Below are positions 11,401 to 25,900 of a stretch of 64,000 nt of DNA, in pieces. The DNA is from Lama glama (Eukaryota): positions 35,156,001 to 35,220,000 of the forward strand of contig CM052818.1 in NCBI GenBank assembly GCA_028534125.1, read 5' to 3'. Made by a program: the position numbers and the translations under genes. The first letter of the stretch is position 1. Each line of letters opens with the position of its first letter. The notes below the pieces were generated by a model that had not been told where the DNA came from, made no database searches, and saw only the letters and a list, made by a program, of their open reading frames with translations.

Positions 11401-14400
11401 ACATTTTCACTGAGAATTTTCTGGCTTATTGACCATTTGCCTTTTTCACTTGTGATCTTATTATATCCAAAAGGTTTGGAAAATAGGAGACACTTTATTA
11501 GGACCATTGGTAAATATAAATAGGATGACATTTGCTTTTCAAAACCAAGATGATATAGTTCTCATTATTGCAAAGATATTTTACTCTAAGTTACTATGAA
11601 ACTTTTTAAGGACAAGCTTTCTAAAATTAACACAAGCCCATTGTTAATTTACACATATGACTTTAAAAACCAGCCAGTGACGTTTTCATCTTCTCTGAGA
11701 CCAGGGCGTAGTTGAATGGCTGGAGCAGTGGCCACGGTGCAGAGGATGGGGTGGGGGGCCTTGCTCGTGTTGCCTTGGCTCTGCAGGTGGTGTACAGCAA
11801 TAATGTGGGTAGTTCATTTATGTTCTACGTTTCATCTTTCTAGTTCCTGAAGAAGAATTAATATTACTGTCCCTTTCCCTTCACTTTTCTCACAGTTGTG
11901 GTATAAGATCTGACACTGATGTCTCAGATGGGACAGACGAGCTTCTTAGAATCAACACATGGTGACATAAAAGTTGTTACAGTAAAAGCAAAGATGAATG
12001 TACTATAAAACTTTATAGCAGTATGCATCCTGTCGCTTTAATACATAACAGTAAGCTGTTATGATGCTATCCTGATGGAAGGACACATTTCTGAAATATT
12101 ATTCAAACCAGATGGTGCCTCAGATTTGAATATATAAACACCTCAGCTGTGGATTTAATGGACCAAGTTGGTAGGAAGTTTATTTCGGGTTTATCCATTT
12201 GGACTTTGCCTACAAAGCCAATAGAGGTTGCTTTACAGGGTGTTTCTAAGCTCCTTTCCAAATGAAACAGGTTAGTTTAAACACTGTTCACATAGCATAG
12301 GTGAAGCTTTAATTCTATAAAGAAAAAAAAAATCCAAGGTTTCTAAATGTGGTAACATTGTAACATAAGGGTAGGAATCAGTATACTGGTTGCTTGATAT
12401 TTAGTGATACGTTTAATTGCTTTTGTGGTTCCAGATAGCAATTATTTCTAATATAATTTATTTTGCAGTGAGGGCCGAGGCAAGTTGACGGTATTTTCAG
12501 TTAAAGCTATGTTAGCAACCATGTGTGGTGGAAAAATGCTGGACAAATTGAGATGTAAGTATTTTTGTATTATTTGAAAGATTTTATTTTCAAATTAGGA
12601 CTTGTAAACACTTTAAAATGAATGTTTTCAGAATTTTGGATAATGGTCTATTGAATTAGCTTTTTTATTACCACATCACTCACTTTGCAGCAACTGGCTT
12701 AGAGTATGTGAATTATGCCACCTACTGTTCAGAGGGAAATGTTGGTTGAATTGATTTGTTAGTGTTTCTTTTTTTAGTTTAAAGCAAGAAAACTCTGAGA
12801 AGATTCAGAATATAATGTTGACAATTAAAAGATCTTCCCACATTATTAAAAATTTTGCTTGAAGATGATTATGTTGAGCACTTTTAGTTGGAAAATAAAT
12901 GTCATTACTTTCACTGGGCTTGGTCAAGTTTAGCCCTTTTCTTAATCACGCCATGCTTTATCAGGTGGTATTTCTTGTGATTAAACTGTTTTTTTAGTAC
13001 CTTAAGGTCAAGTGTAATTATTTAGAAATTGACAGCCTATTTATTCAGTTATCTTTCCTTAATTGTTTTTCTTCCTGTTGGCCATTTTGGGATTTTACTG
13101 TTCAGTAGATAGTATTAGAGGGTGGTTAGATGAAATCAAAGGAGATAAAATTCATAATTATTTAGGTTTCCTGCTTATCATTTTCATTTATTCAGTCACT
13201 AGATAGTCCATCCCTGCCTACGCTATACCAAGCATTGTGCTAGGTGCTTTACATTTATTTTCTCACTGATCCTTAAAATTTCTTTGAGTGGCAGGTGGTA
13301 TTTTCTCTGTTTTATGGGTGAGTTAACTGAGGGGGGAAAGCTGGAATTTCAACTCAGGTTGTAGCTTCAGAGCCCTGTTCTAAGCTACTGTGTTGTACTC
13401 CACTATGCTTGTCCTGTAGTGGGAGGCACAGCTGTGATCAAAGTGCCATACTTTACAAGTAGCCATGGAGCGAGAAACTGTGGCAGATCTCAGGGATGTG
13501 AGAGTGAAGCTGTGGGCTTTAATGAGGTATTGAGATACCCTGTGAGTTGATTGTTGAAGAAACTGGGTCATCTGTCCTGTAGTGTTTCTCATGCACTGGA
13601 TTTCAATGATTGCATCCTCGTGATGTTCCTCTGTGCCCTACATTTTTTGTTTTAATTGAAAGATATAGAGGCTTCATCAGATTCAAGTACAAGTTTTTAG
13701 GCAAGATTGCTTCATAGGTGTGTTTGTTTTCTGTACTTTTACTTAAAGTTGGAAAGCTAGATGGCTCACTAGATATGGATTTAGATATCTGAAGAAAGGT
13801 CTTAGATAATATTTGGTCAGTGTCGTCTGGGTATGTCATTTAAAATCAGCTGCAACGTAAAACCAATTTTTGGTAGAAAAAAATTACAGTTTTATGTGAA
13901 TACTATTCTGAGCTTTTTTCACATGGTATCTCAAAATATTATTCTTTTGGACTGCAATTTCTTAATATTTTCTTAATCCTAGCATGGTATTTTTCTGAGG
14001 AAGATAATGTAATACAGATGATTATATTTCATTCAAACACAAAGAAAAAGAAAATTGGGATTGTGTTGTTTTTTTTTTAACAATGATGATCCCAGATAAA
14101 GAAATATGCATTGCCATTTTTATTAATACTGGCGAAACTGGTTGAAAATAGAAAATTGATTGTGTAACTGCATATGCTAGATGAGTTCTGTGCTTCATAA
14201 GTTTCCATGATTAAATTTGCTAAATTTACATAAAACTGGTACCTGGCACATAGTAAGTGCCAAAATTTTGCCAAATATTAATTATTGATTGAGAACTAAA
14301 ATTACTGTAATTCTCTGTTGTAACTATTAGTGAAAAAGTTTAAATACTGGTTCTATGTGAAGTATTGAAGGGATCCAAGTGATAGCAGGTGTTTCTTTTT

Positions 14401-17400
14401 GTTGTTATTTTTTAATGTGGCTTTTGAACTTCTTAGAGGAACACAAGTGACCAGTATTCAGTGGCACAAAAGTACACATGCCTCAGCAAATGTGACACAT
14501 CATTGTGTTCTCAACACCAGATCATTGCACATCGTGTATGGATTAATGAAATACAAGCCACACTAGGTCGCTAATTACCATGTTTATGTTATTCTGATGG
14601 ATTTAAAATCTGGTTTCTTTATCTTCTTCATATTGAAAATTATGGTTCCTTTACCATCTGTAGCTCTGTTACAGTATTTTTATTGTACCGTAATTATCTT
14701 GGCTGGAGAATGCTTAACGTAAGTAAAAATTTCAGGTATTGAAGCCTGTCTCCACTTTTTAATTTTAATCATCCAGGGTGGAAACCTCTTTAAATGTGGT
14801 CTGTGCCTCTGACCATAATTTAAACTTTTTTATCCTTTAGGGATGTTCTCTGATGCATTTAGGGCTGATTGTGAGGCCCTGGTTTTTCCTCCTTCTCATA
14901 TTTCCAGACTGCTGTGCTGTTTCAGCTGTTGAACTTTTTGTTGATGGTGGTGGTGTGTGTGTCCGTGTCCTTTATTGCTGGTAAATGTGGTGGTATTATC
15001 TATGTACTAATCTCTAGAAATCTCCCTTTGCTTCTAATTTATTTTTAATATGCTACTGACAGAGAAAATATAACCAACCTTCTTAGTATTCTACTAAAGT
15101 TTGGACAGAAGTAATTACTCATATATTATGAGAGAAGCACTTACTTTCATAGTATGATTGTTAGTTTTGGCTATTGTGAGAATTCTTTTTTCCTTTGCTT
15201 TCTAGTTCACAGCTGTGTCCTCTTTAGTTGAGGTGGCTGAATAATTGTGTAGAAGAAGTTAGCTGACACTGTATTGTAACATCAAATGATATTTGACCAT
15301 TTATTCACTTTTTCTACCTACTTACTCCCTCATCTTTGTTCTTTGTTTCTGCATCCTCCCACTGACCCCACTTCTCTTTACCTCTGTTAGTGTTCCCATT
15401 ACATTAGGTTTTTCTAATTTATGGAATATGCCTTAGTGTTTCTACTTTTATGTTGATCTTTCTCCTTTTATCTCTTATTTTAGAATTTTTTGCTTTTTCT
15501 CCCCTTGCTCCCTTTTACTTGACCTGTTTTTGTTTGTTTGTTTGCCTTTTTTAGTGTCACAGTAGCGTTTAAAATAACTTAACCAATATTTGTGCTTTTA
15601 GTTTGAAACATTTCTTAATTAGATTTTCCAGGTCTCACTTAAGAGAGTTTCTGTCCCCAGGTGTTATTGATAGATAAGCGGTTAACTGTTGTGGCTGTTA
15701 GGGACTGTATCCTAGATTCAGAGGCAACTGAAACCAGGATTCTAGATATTAATGATTTATAATCAGAATACTGACTTTAATTATCAGTGTGATAAAACCT
15801 CAGTAATGTCAGGAACCCAAAAAATAAAGCCCACATTATTTGTTAAATCATACCTAATTATCAACTGATTTAACTATGTGATTTATTTGTCTAATTCTGC
15901 TGTTTTCTAAGAAACTTAATCTCTTATTCAAACCCCATCTGTCTGATAGTAAAAGATAGGAGCAGATGATTTGTGCAATTTATCTTTAAATCCTTTAGAA
16001 AACTGGTGCCACTATTTTGAAGGGCATTCTAACAGCGTGTGTCAGGGTGGCCTTGAGAATATTTATATCCAGTGACTCAGTCTGCTTCTTGAGGGTGTCC
16101 TGAGGAATAATCAGAGGTGTACCAGGTTTTATGTATGTTTGTTACAACATTTTTAATAACATGTGAAAACTTGAAACAGCGTTAGTGTCCAAAAGTGAGA
16201 GCTCAGTTAAACTTCGATATATCCACATGACTGAATATACTGCCTTAAAAAATAGGCTTCAGATCAAAATGCATAAATGTAATACAGTTTTATAAAAAAT
16301 TATTATGCACATATAAAAAGAAAGAAATATATCAAAATGGTAGTGCTGTTAGGTATTTTTTTCTGGATTGTAGCATGAAAATGGTTTTATAATAATAATT
16401 TATATTACTTGTGTTTTCATGTGTTTTTGATAGGCTACACTTTGCGTAGTCAGAGGAAAGGTGACCTGAGGTGCTGTTTTTGCTCAGAACTGGCAGTTCT
16501 GACATTTCAGTTGTTTGCTTCCTTGGTATTTCATTAACAGACTATAGAGGGCCAACCTTTGAAGTCATAATTAAGCAGTTTCACCTGTTCAAAATTTAGC
16601 ATCCTCTGTGTTATTTTTTAACTACCTGTCACTGCATATTATCCCGGCCATTTCTGTTAATCATCTTTTTGCTTCATTAGCTGGAAGTTTCTCTTTAATC
16701 TGAGTATTTGTCCACATTTACATTTCTCATATAACCAAAATGTTTTAGAACTGGAAGTAAGTAAGAGGTGAGTCCTCCATCTGCATTTTATGAAGAAGGG
16801 AGGGAGGCCTGGAGACTAGTGTTGGCTAGCTCCTGGCTGAGTTAACACTAGAAGCCCAAGGCAGGCTGACTCCCATCCTCCAGCCTCACTCTGACTTAAT
16901 GAATGATGTAGGAATATTCATGAGTTTGAAAATAACATATACACTTGGATTTAGTTACATATAGGTATTTATGAACATGCAGATGTGTGTACACATGTTT
17001 TTGTGGGTTAGGCTGCTCAGTTGGTAGAAAGATGACAGGAGGAGATGAGTCATTGGCCAGAAAAGCTGACATATAGAAGAAAATGGCTTTTCATGTGTAG
17101 ACTTGAGTCTTTATTGTAAACAGCCCTATCATCTTGCAGAAGTGTATGGTTGGTCAGGTGGGGACCAGAGGGGAATGGATAAATGTATAGATGCAATGAG
17201 TAAAACCAGGGTTGGGAGAGGGTACAGCTCAAGTGGTAGAGTGCATGCTTAGCATGCATGAAGTCCTGGGTTCAATTCCCAGTACCTCCTCTAAAAAAAA
17301 TAAATAAAACTAATTAACCCCCCCAAACCCTCACCCCAAATTTTTTAAAATAATAAATAATAATAAAAAAAAACCCCAGGGTCATTATCACCAAGAGAAA

Positions 17401-19935
17401 AAAATATGTATGTGAAGATGGTAGAATAATAGCATTATTTTGCCATTACACAAAAGCCAGAATATTTTAAGAAGTGTATACACATGTGTCTTTAAGGGTT
17501 TGATTATGGATTTTTCACAGGAGAAAAGCCTATACTTTTATCTGGAAGTAACTAATGGGAAATTAGCATACCTTCTTTCAGAGGTATATAAATTGAAAAA
17601 TTACTGGGGAAGTGAACCAGTCATCTGGGAAGTAATTTATTCCCTTAATGTCAGAAGGGTTTAGGGATTTAATTAGAGGACTAGTTACATTTTTTAGGTA
17701 TTTTTATTAAATTTTATTGTCTTGTATTTGTTTCTTTGGTAAGATATTTTTTGTATGTATGTAGTGAATCACACTTAGATTCATTGTTACGCTTCATTTA
17801 TGATAAAAAAGTTAACAATCACTTTTCAGTGTTTTTGTTACAGATAAGAGAAGCCTAATCTTAAAAAAAAATTGTTGTTTTAAATCAGTAACTCAGGAAG
17901 TAATGACTTCTAATAACTGTGCCTTCAGTTTTGGGGTCTAGCAGTATTTCTCTTAAAACCAACCAACAAACATGTTTCTGCTTGTTCTTTTACTACTTTA
18001 ATATGGGCCTATTAATAGTTTAAATAGTAAATATAGTTTCTTTTTTCAAGAATTAAATTTTTTTTTACTACTTTGAATCTATTATATGATAAAGCAGCTA
18101 AGTATAGTTGAAACTAATACTCTTAGTCATCTCACTATCCAATCACTCCTTTTATTGCTCTGAAGTTAGATGTAGATTTGTTGGTGTGGATGTATACACT
18201 TACGTTCATGTGAGTGGAAGCTATACACATGGTATTGATATACTTGGTAGCTGAAGTCTCCAGTCTTGAATATTCCTACCATTAGTGGCTACAAGGTAAT
18301 AACTTGCTAGTTTATATCAGTTATGAAAACATTGAGTGGCCACAGAAAACTTGACTAGCAATTACTTAAAACCATTGGGATTTATTTTTCTCAAGTAAAA
18401 ATAAGTCCAAAGGCTGGCAAGTTCAAGATTGGTACCATGACTTAGAGATGTCACCAAAGACTTGGGTTCTTTGTGTCTTCCTGCTTGCCATATGTCTTTC
18501 CTCCTTAAGATAATCAGTGACTGCTCTATGCCCATTTTAAGCAGAAAGAAGAAAGAGATGCCTCTATTAGGAAAACAAAAGCTTTACCACAAATTCACTC
18601 CAGAATTACAATGTGCAAAAGAGGCTGGGAAGTCATTTTTTAAGGGGAGCACATCAGCGTTCAGTTAGAGAGCGAGAATGGGAAAATAGATACAGAGCAG
18701 TGGGCACCTTGCAGTGCCCGCCACATCCCGTATTGACCCTTGGTTTTCACTTAGATTAAAAGGATGATTATTTTCCTTGTTATAAGAAGAACAGCCAGCT
18801 ATTTGAAAATTAAGTTTTTATGCTCTTCCCTCCTTCAAAAGGCATCATTTATTCACATAATTCGTAATCGGTCTTCAAAGCTGTGTGTCTGCTGTCTTGA
18901 ACTCTGTTCTAACTGCCTGCAGGATGGTTCCACTTGGAAATTTGCTGAATAGTTCAAATATACTTATGTTCAAAGCGAAGTATCTATCTTCAGTTTGGTT
19001 ATTTCAGTCAGGGTTGTCAGCATTTTTTTGAGCTATATATTTAGAATAATCTTAATTTTTAAAATTCCTTTATTCCCTAATCTACTTTGCCATCAAGTGC
19101 AGTTTTCTTCAAGAAATTGAAGATGTCTTGGAACTGACACCCCACCTCCTCCCAAGTACTGTGACTCTTGTAATTCTGACTCTCACCTCCTTACTTGTGC
19201 ATTATTTACAGGGTTTTCTAGCCGATGTCTCCAATCCTGTTCTTCCTCTTTTATTCATTTTGCCAGTCGTTAACAGTCTAATTTTCTTGAAACCTAGCTT
19301 TCAAAATATTTCTTCCCTACTTGAGCGTTTTTAAACAAAATTCAAAATGTTTCCTCTTTTAGCGTTTTCACTCATAGCATACTTTCTAAATTCAATCTTT
19401 ATTTATCTTTACTTCTCAGCATAGTCTGTCATAGTCAGAATGTTCTCAATGCACTGTTTCCTGCCTCCTACCACTGATAGTTACACTCTATAAATTCCTG
19501 CCACAGAGACTTTTTATCCCACTTAAAAAAAATTATAGTTGATTTACAGTATTATGTTGGTTTCAGCTATACGTTTCAGGTATACAACAGAAAATTGAAT
19601 AATTATAGATTATATTCCACTTAAAGTTATTATAAATTATTGACTGTATTCCCTGTGCTGTACAATATGTCCTTGCAGCTTATTTATTTTATACATAGTA
19701 GTTTGTACCTCTTAATCTCCAACCCTCATCTTGCGTACCTCCCTTTCCTCTCTCCACTGGTAACCACTAGTTTGTTCTCTGTATCTGTGAGTCTGTTTTT
19801 GTTTTGTTGTATTCATTGTCCTTCTCATCTCTGGTTGTGCTCCCAAAGCCCTACTCTCAGCCTGTTTTGACCTCATCATTCCAGATCCTGTTTTTCAAGG
19901 CCAAGCTTCTAAATTTCTTTTTTGACAATTCCTGC

Positions 19936-19988
<53 letters not shown>

Positions 19989-22900
19989 AGATCTATTCTA
20001 CACTATATTTGAAGAAGTGTGGTGTAACGGAATTTCTTTGGAGTCAGATAAGTGTGGGTTTAAGTCTTGATTTACTCACTTACTAACTTTTTGACCTTAA
20101 GAAGGTTAACCTTTCCAAACTAGTTTCCTTATCTAAATTTTAAATGATTATGTACATACACATGTGCGTGCAAACACACACACACCTTTTTGTGACAGTA
20201 AAATGAGCTAATGTTTAGTGAAGTATAGTAGTACTTAGTATTGGAGATTACTACATGAAAACAAAACCCCAGGATAACAGTGTTTTAAACAAAGTTGAAG
20301 TTTATTTTTCTCTTATATAAAAGAAGTCCAGGAGTATATAGTCCAGGGGCTGGTATGGTAGCTTTATGTTCATCTGGAATCCAGACTTTCTATATCTTTT
20401 TTTTCTACCATTCTAGTGTATGATTTCTACATCAAAAATGAAATTGCCATATAGTCCAAGGTGACTGCGGGAACTCCAGCAATCATAGCTGCATTACAAA
20501 TAGCAAAAAGAGGAAGGAAAAAAGGGTGTATTCCCAGTGTAGTCAGCTTTCTTTAACCAGCTTTCCTGGAAGTCTCTCACAACCCTTCTGCTTATAGTCT
20601 TCCTGGCCAAATACCTAGTTGCCTGACCACAACTTACTAAAAGAAGGCCACAAAATTTAACCTCTTACTTGGGTGCATTGATGCAGAAAATGAAATTGGT
20701 GTTCTACTACTAAGGAAGGAGATAAGAATATTGGGCAGCTGCAGGCAGACTCAGCCATAGTTACCCATTGTGGTGCCTGCTGGCAAATGGTGAGGTTTAA
20801 CAAATACCTTGTTTCTCTTCTTTCTGTTCTATTTAGAGTCAGCTTAGGACTTACTTCTTCGTTGCTTCATAAGTATCTTATTTTTCCAGCTACACTGAAT
20901 TTTTCTTGGGGGATAAGAACCATGTATCATACTTCTTTGCTGTATTTCAAAATATTTAGCAGAGTGCTTGGTACTTGGACCACTTAGTAAGAACATCTTA
21001 CTTTCCACTAGGACTATACTTTTAGCCTCTTGTTAGATTTTCCCCACCTAATAGGTATTTAATATTTTTCCTTCAGCTACAACCTAGCAGCTGTCATGAG
21101 AGGAATGTACAGACGGTTTTATTTCTTTGATAATTTCCTGTTTTCTAATGCTTAAAAGTTATACTATGGAGTTGATAATCTAAATTTTTTCTTTCTTTGA
21201 TTAATGTATTTTAAATATTGGTTTAAAAAAATTTTTTTCTCTACACCTAGTGCTTTAGGATGAAATACCAGATTGAACCTAGAGAGTAATGCATATATGT
21301 ACCTTGTATCTATCTATCACATATATATCTAATATACCTGTTCACTGTACATATATAGAATATGATTTTTCAAAATGCCATGTTTGGAAAGGCCTCAGGA
21401 AATTATTTTTTGTGCATATTTAACTCACTGATTTGTTTGTAAGAAAGCTGAATAGTTTGAAAAAAAGCTTAGGTTAATAATTGTCAAGTTGTTTTGAGCT
21501 CCTAGTTATTTTTCTTTTTCTCCCCAACTGGGTGAGAAGAGAGGAATAACTAACGGGAAACTGGAAACTCTGCAAAAAAATAAATAGTCGTATTTTTGGA
21601 AAGGTCTTTCCCATCTATGGGTCAGACTTTATGTAAAAACAGAATCTTATAGTAACAAAGTATCTGGTGATAGAAGAGTTTTTATGAGTTTTTAAAAATT
21701 CTTCTCTGGAACTTACTATATGGAATTTTTCTAATTTTAATTTTTAATTTTTTTTTTTGAGGGAGGCTGTCATTAGGTCTGTTTATTATTAGTTGTTCTT
21801 TTTTTTTAATGGAGGTACAGGGGTTTGAACCCAGGGCCTCGTGCATGCTAAGTATGTGCTCTACCACTTGAGCTATACCCTCCCCCCCAAATGGATTATT
21901 TTAAATAAACAAGTTATATGCTTCCTTGAGATTTATTTTCCTGTACAGAAATACATTACATCATTAATATATGAACATACAAATATAGTACAGTTTCTTT
22001 CATCCCCCATCACCAATGTGTAAATGTATTCATGCACTCAAACATGTACATGTCTTATATAAATGCGTATGTAAATGTAAGTGAGAAAGACAGCTGCTAC
22101 AAATTCTTCTTGGAACAAAGTGAGGTATAAATAAATAAAATAAAAGTTATTTATCATTCAGTTAGGTACACTCAGAAAGAGTAGGGAGGTAGTCCTGTGT
22201 GGATGTTTATTGGATTTGAAGTTCAGGTAGACTTTTAAGTGGGTGGGGCAGAGGGGCCTCACCAGCAGAGTAACCACACAGCGAATGAAAATACCTGTTA
22301 ACTAAAAATCGTATTAACTTTATGATGCTTTGTAATGATACTTTTGGACTGGTATACAAATGACATAGAGCTGTTTATTAAAAGTTGATTTTTTGTTTTT
22401 ACAGTTTGACTTTATTTGATTTTGTTCTCATAGATGTTTTCTCCCAGATGTCAGATTCCAATGGCTTAATGATATTTAGCAAGTTTGACCAGTTTCTGAA
22501 GGAAGTGCTGAAGCTCCCAACAGCTGTCTTTGAAGGGCCATCTTTTGGTTACACAGAGCACTCAGTCCGCACCTGTTTTCCACAGCAGGTAAGGACAGTT
22601 TTCTAGAATCTAGGACTTGAGGAGCTCCCATCCCCTCCTCCACCTTCTGTCAGATTTCACCAGATTGCTTCAGTCTAGGGATATAGGTCTAGAGCTGGGG
22701 AGGAAAAAGAGCTTTAAGTCAAGGGAGGGGATGTGGAAAAGATTGGGGATAAAAAAATTCACCTGAGGACTCTTTTTTGGGAGTGGGGAGGAGTCTTCTC
22801 TGAAAAAAGGATAACATTTGAAATATTTTAAATTACTAAACATTTCAAGAAAAAATATTTAGGATGAAGTGATTATATTACTGCCACTGGACATATATTC

Positions 22901-25900
22901 CTCTCCCTAATGAGTTTTTCAACTGTGAAATATCGCAATTTTGATATAAACCTCAGTACAATACTGGATCATTGTTTCCTGAGCACTGAAGACAAGGAAC
23001 ACTGTGCAGCTCTCAGCTGCCGGCTCAGAATCCCTCAATGTGCATTTTCTATGGAAGATAGAGTTGGTTTCCTTTTTATTTGTGGGTGTCCTTTTGTGGT
23101 CCTGCTCTAGAGGCTGGTGTGAGTGTATTCCTGAGATTAAAACTATACCTCCAAGGACTTAGAGCAGAGTGGATGCTGGCTGTAGCATTTGTTTTTTTTC
23201 AGGTAGAGATGAGATAAAGAAGCTTCACACTAGACTTAGAAAGTTTGAGAAAGCAGGGAATTAAGAAAAAAAAATCTATGTTAAAACTAATGGGTAGGGG
23301 GGCTGAGGGTACAGTTCAGTGCTTGGCGTGTGCAGGGTCCCGGGTTCAATCCTCAGTGCCTCTGTTAGAGGAAAAAGATTTTTAAAAAAATTTAAAACCT
23401 AGTGGGTAAAAAAAGATAAGCAGAAATAAATACACAAACATCTCATACAGCTCAATAACAAAAAAAAAGAACACGCACATATCCCTTTTTACATTTAAAA
23501 TTAAGAACTCGTGTTTGTCTGAATTCAGACTTCCAAATAATATTTTACAGTTTGTCTAGAGATTACTCACCTTTAGCACTGAAGGCGGAGCCCACAGTAC
23601 GAGAGAGTTATTTTTAGTAACTTCTGAAGCGATGTTCTTCCCAAATTTGTACACACTTTGGCTGGTTGCTTTTGTGGAAATTTGTCTCTATACATTATTT
23701 TTTCTCTCAGCATAAATGGCAATATCAGCTTTTAGCAAATTAAAAGTATCTATGCTTCAATTATTCTAGTAGAGCATAGTTTGCATTTTCCCCCAAATAA
23801 ACGTGCATTTTCGAAGGATTTGAGGCTGTCCAAACATATACTGGTCCACAAATGTGCTGCAGGTCTTAAAATGCCCTACAGAGATACAAGTGAGGATGAG
23901 TAGGATGAAGATACCACAACCATTTTTCATTTAGAACTCATCTCACTGCTGCTGCTTTATTAGTGCCATCACATCGACCGGCTGCCTCCACAGGGCTCTG
24001 GGGGAATCTTGTATGTGATGTTCGTGTGGCTTTTCACACAGATGCTTCCTGGAGGTCAGGCTAAAATTTGATCAAGTTCTGGAATGCTACTATTAAGTAA
24101 AGCAGTGTAAGGACGGGGAAGGGAACTTATACAAGGAAGTATCAGTGTAGAACATTTCACCAATGGATGATAATTCTGTGGTGCACTAAACCTAAAGTAA
24201 TCTTTGATTGAATTGTAACGTGAGTACTAAAATGAGAATCTAAATTGGAGTGACAGTTTAAAATGTTAAAGAGGATTTAAAAAATTCCAATTGTTAATTC
24301 TATCTTCTAGAAGTTGGAATTCTTCTTCTAAGACTTCTGTCTAGGATTCTACATGTTACCTTTTTTGTGAGGCCTTTGAACTCACCACCTGATTGGTGCT
24401 TTTTACCTGCTTCAGATTCTTATTTAAACAATTCAGCCTTGTTTTGATAATATGCCAAATTTGGAAAAGTCGAAAAGCTTATTGCAAAAGAAATACAAGC
24501 TACTGATAGAATGACCAAAGAAGAAAAAAGAAAGAGAAAGACAGTTTGGACAGAGTTTCATGCAACAAGTTAAATTCAACAAATTTTGGGTTTTTTTCTT
24601 CTGAAAATGAGCTTTTCCCGTGCAGTTTGTTTTCCTATGTATGTATTCCCTTGGTGTGCGTTAGCCTGTGCACCCTCAGTAGAGAGCGGTGTCGGTGTAA
24701 AGAGGGGTTTGCGTTGTTGGTTTATATGTAGTTTCCCCCAGCATGTTCGTGTTCTGGGCTGAAAAAGAAATGACCATAATTAAAGAGAAAGTATGACTAT
24801 TTTAATAAAGAAGCTGAAAATCCTGCAGAAGGACCTTCCTTTAGTGAAATTGTTATTTCTCTTGGGAAAAACCTAGGAGCAGAATTGCTAGGTCATGGGT
24901 AGGTATCTGTTTAGGGTTATAAGAAAACACCAGGGCTTCTCCAAAGTGGCTTATATGAGATTTCTGGTTGCTCCAAATTTGACCAACATTTGGTGTCAGT
25001 CACTGAATTTTAACTATTCCGGTCGATGCATTCTGTTGAATTGACTTATAAATGCTTTTAATTTTTGATGTTTTTAAAGCTACTAAATTATAAATTACAT
25101 AAATCCACATCCTTTATTGTGAAAAGTAGGCAAAAAATTTTTTCACATTAAACATACAAATTTAATAGCCTTGACTAATATTTTACATAATAAAGAAAGG
25201 TTCCATAATATAATTTTTGGTAGATGCATGCTATTCTATGGCATAAATATCGCATAGTTTATATAATCAATTTCCCATTTTTGGACTTTTAGGTTGTTTC
25301 CAACTTTTTGCTATTATGAACACCAATGCAATACATATTCTTGTAAATAAGCCTGCTGCCTGTCTTTATGAAAGGGAAACCTGAGTGAGTAGAGAGGAGA
25401 GTTAGGGAGAGGAAGTGAGAGAGGGAACAGGTGCATTTTTTCAATCAATGTTGCAGGAGATACGGTTGATAGTACTTTATGGGACACTGCGCCGCCATCT
25501 CTGTGGTTCACAGAGGGAGAGGGAAGTAGGGTAGAAAGGGATTATGTTATTGCCGATTTTCAAAATAGCAAGAATATTTCTTGCCTGGATATGTCCTTTG
25601 ATTATACTTGGACTGACATATATTCTTCTGCTGTATGCCAAAGTAACTTTTCTTCCCACTGTATCTTTGAAATGAGACATTTTCTGGATGTTTGGACCTT
25701 GATTTCCAGAACATTGAATAAAATTTGGCAAAAATTGCCTGGCACATGAATACGTGTATTTGTGTATTTCATATGTATTCTAATTAAGCAGATTTTACAG
25801 CCTCTGTTAGCAGCCGCTCATTAGCATTATAATCTAGTGTGGGTTAGTACCATGTTTCATTGATTGGAAGACATTTTTCACACCTTAACATCTCTCAGGA

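Noticed and set aside
17214..17290. tRNA gene
   Set aside because: A and B boxes are present, but it is the head of a multi-copy SINE with an A-tail and TSD.
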